A model generated the notes under the pieces. The model made no database searches. It was not told where the DNA came from and worked only from the letters and a program-made list of their open reading frames with translations. From the IMG/VR virus record IMGVR_UViG_3300050343_000255, positions 32,001 through 96,000 of that record: a stretch of DNA of 64,000 nt; one strand, 5' to 3'. Shown here in pieces: positions 63,815 to 64,000 of this stretch (its first letter is position 1; each line of letters opens with the position of its first letter). Both the position numbers and the translations under genes were made by a program. The DNA comes from a virus.

Positions 63815-63855
63815 TCTATGCCCTTTTGGGCTTATTCACTTATTCGTTATCACTT

Positions 63856-64000
63856 ATGCGTATCAAAGTCCCTGGTCAAGATTTCAACGTCCGTCTCTTC
63901 GAGCGTGTTGAAACTGTTGACAACCAGTACGACATCTTCGATGTAGGCATCGAGCAAGCTGATGGCACTATCGACAGTGTCTGTGTCGGTGGTTCCTTTG
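63856..64000 (+). CDS. early hypothetical protein (3'-truncated)
   Basis: ATG at 63856 after hairpin 3; MRIKVPGQDFNVRLF. Confidence 0.5.
   Translation, partial: MRIKVPGQDFNVRLFERVETVDNQYDIFDVGIEQADGTIDSVCVGGSF

Overview
The window is about 64 kb of a tailed dsDNA phage genome with no host genes. It is very probably a temperate marine cyanophage of Synechococcus/Prochlorococcus: it carries an attP copy of the 3' half of cyanobacterial tRNA-Pro(GGG), a cyanobacterial-type integrase, a group-2-like RpoD sigma factor, NblA-like genes and a glutamine riboswitch. Many genes are broken by 1-nt indels, including RNR, integrase, lysin, capsid, portal, terminase and sigma; I read these as uncorrected long-read errors. 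1-16 kb is a rightward replication and nucleotide-metabolism module: thioredoxin, IF-1, MazG-like, class I RNR alpha/beta, ThyX, SSB-like proteins, exonuclease, primase-VirE helicase and a split PolA. 16-21 kb holds accessory and lysis-type genes: LysM, glutamine riboswitch plus DUF4278-like peptide, protein kinase, NblA-like, HNH, SET domain. 21-22.6 kb is xis/int/attP. 22.6-62.6 kb is a mostly leftward late region: small basic proteins, GH19 lysin, two tail-fibre cassettes, capsid, sigma, scaffold, portal, TerL and Gly/Ala-rich putative internal virion proteins. Beyond 63 kb a rightward early region begins. Most notable observations: (i) a run of four open genes encoding catalytically degenerate enzymes (His-Me nuclease, N6-MTase, M15 peptidase, dCMP deaminase); (ii) two inverted copies, 42 kb apart, of a ~125-bp iteron/AT-rich element; (iii) a probable ~490-nt dual-coding overlap between portal and scaffold; (iv) a TACAATAG promoter regulon and a recurrent R-x-A-G motif linking scattered genes, including the kinase, to the virion set. 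All assignments are from visual motif recognition; no searches were run.
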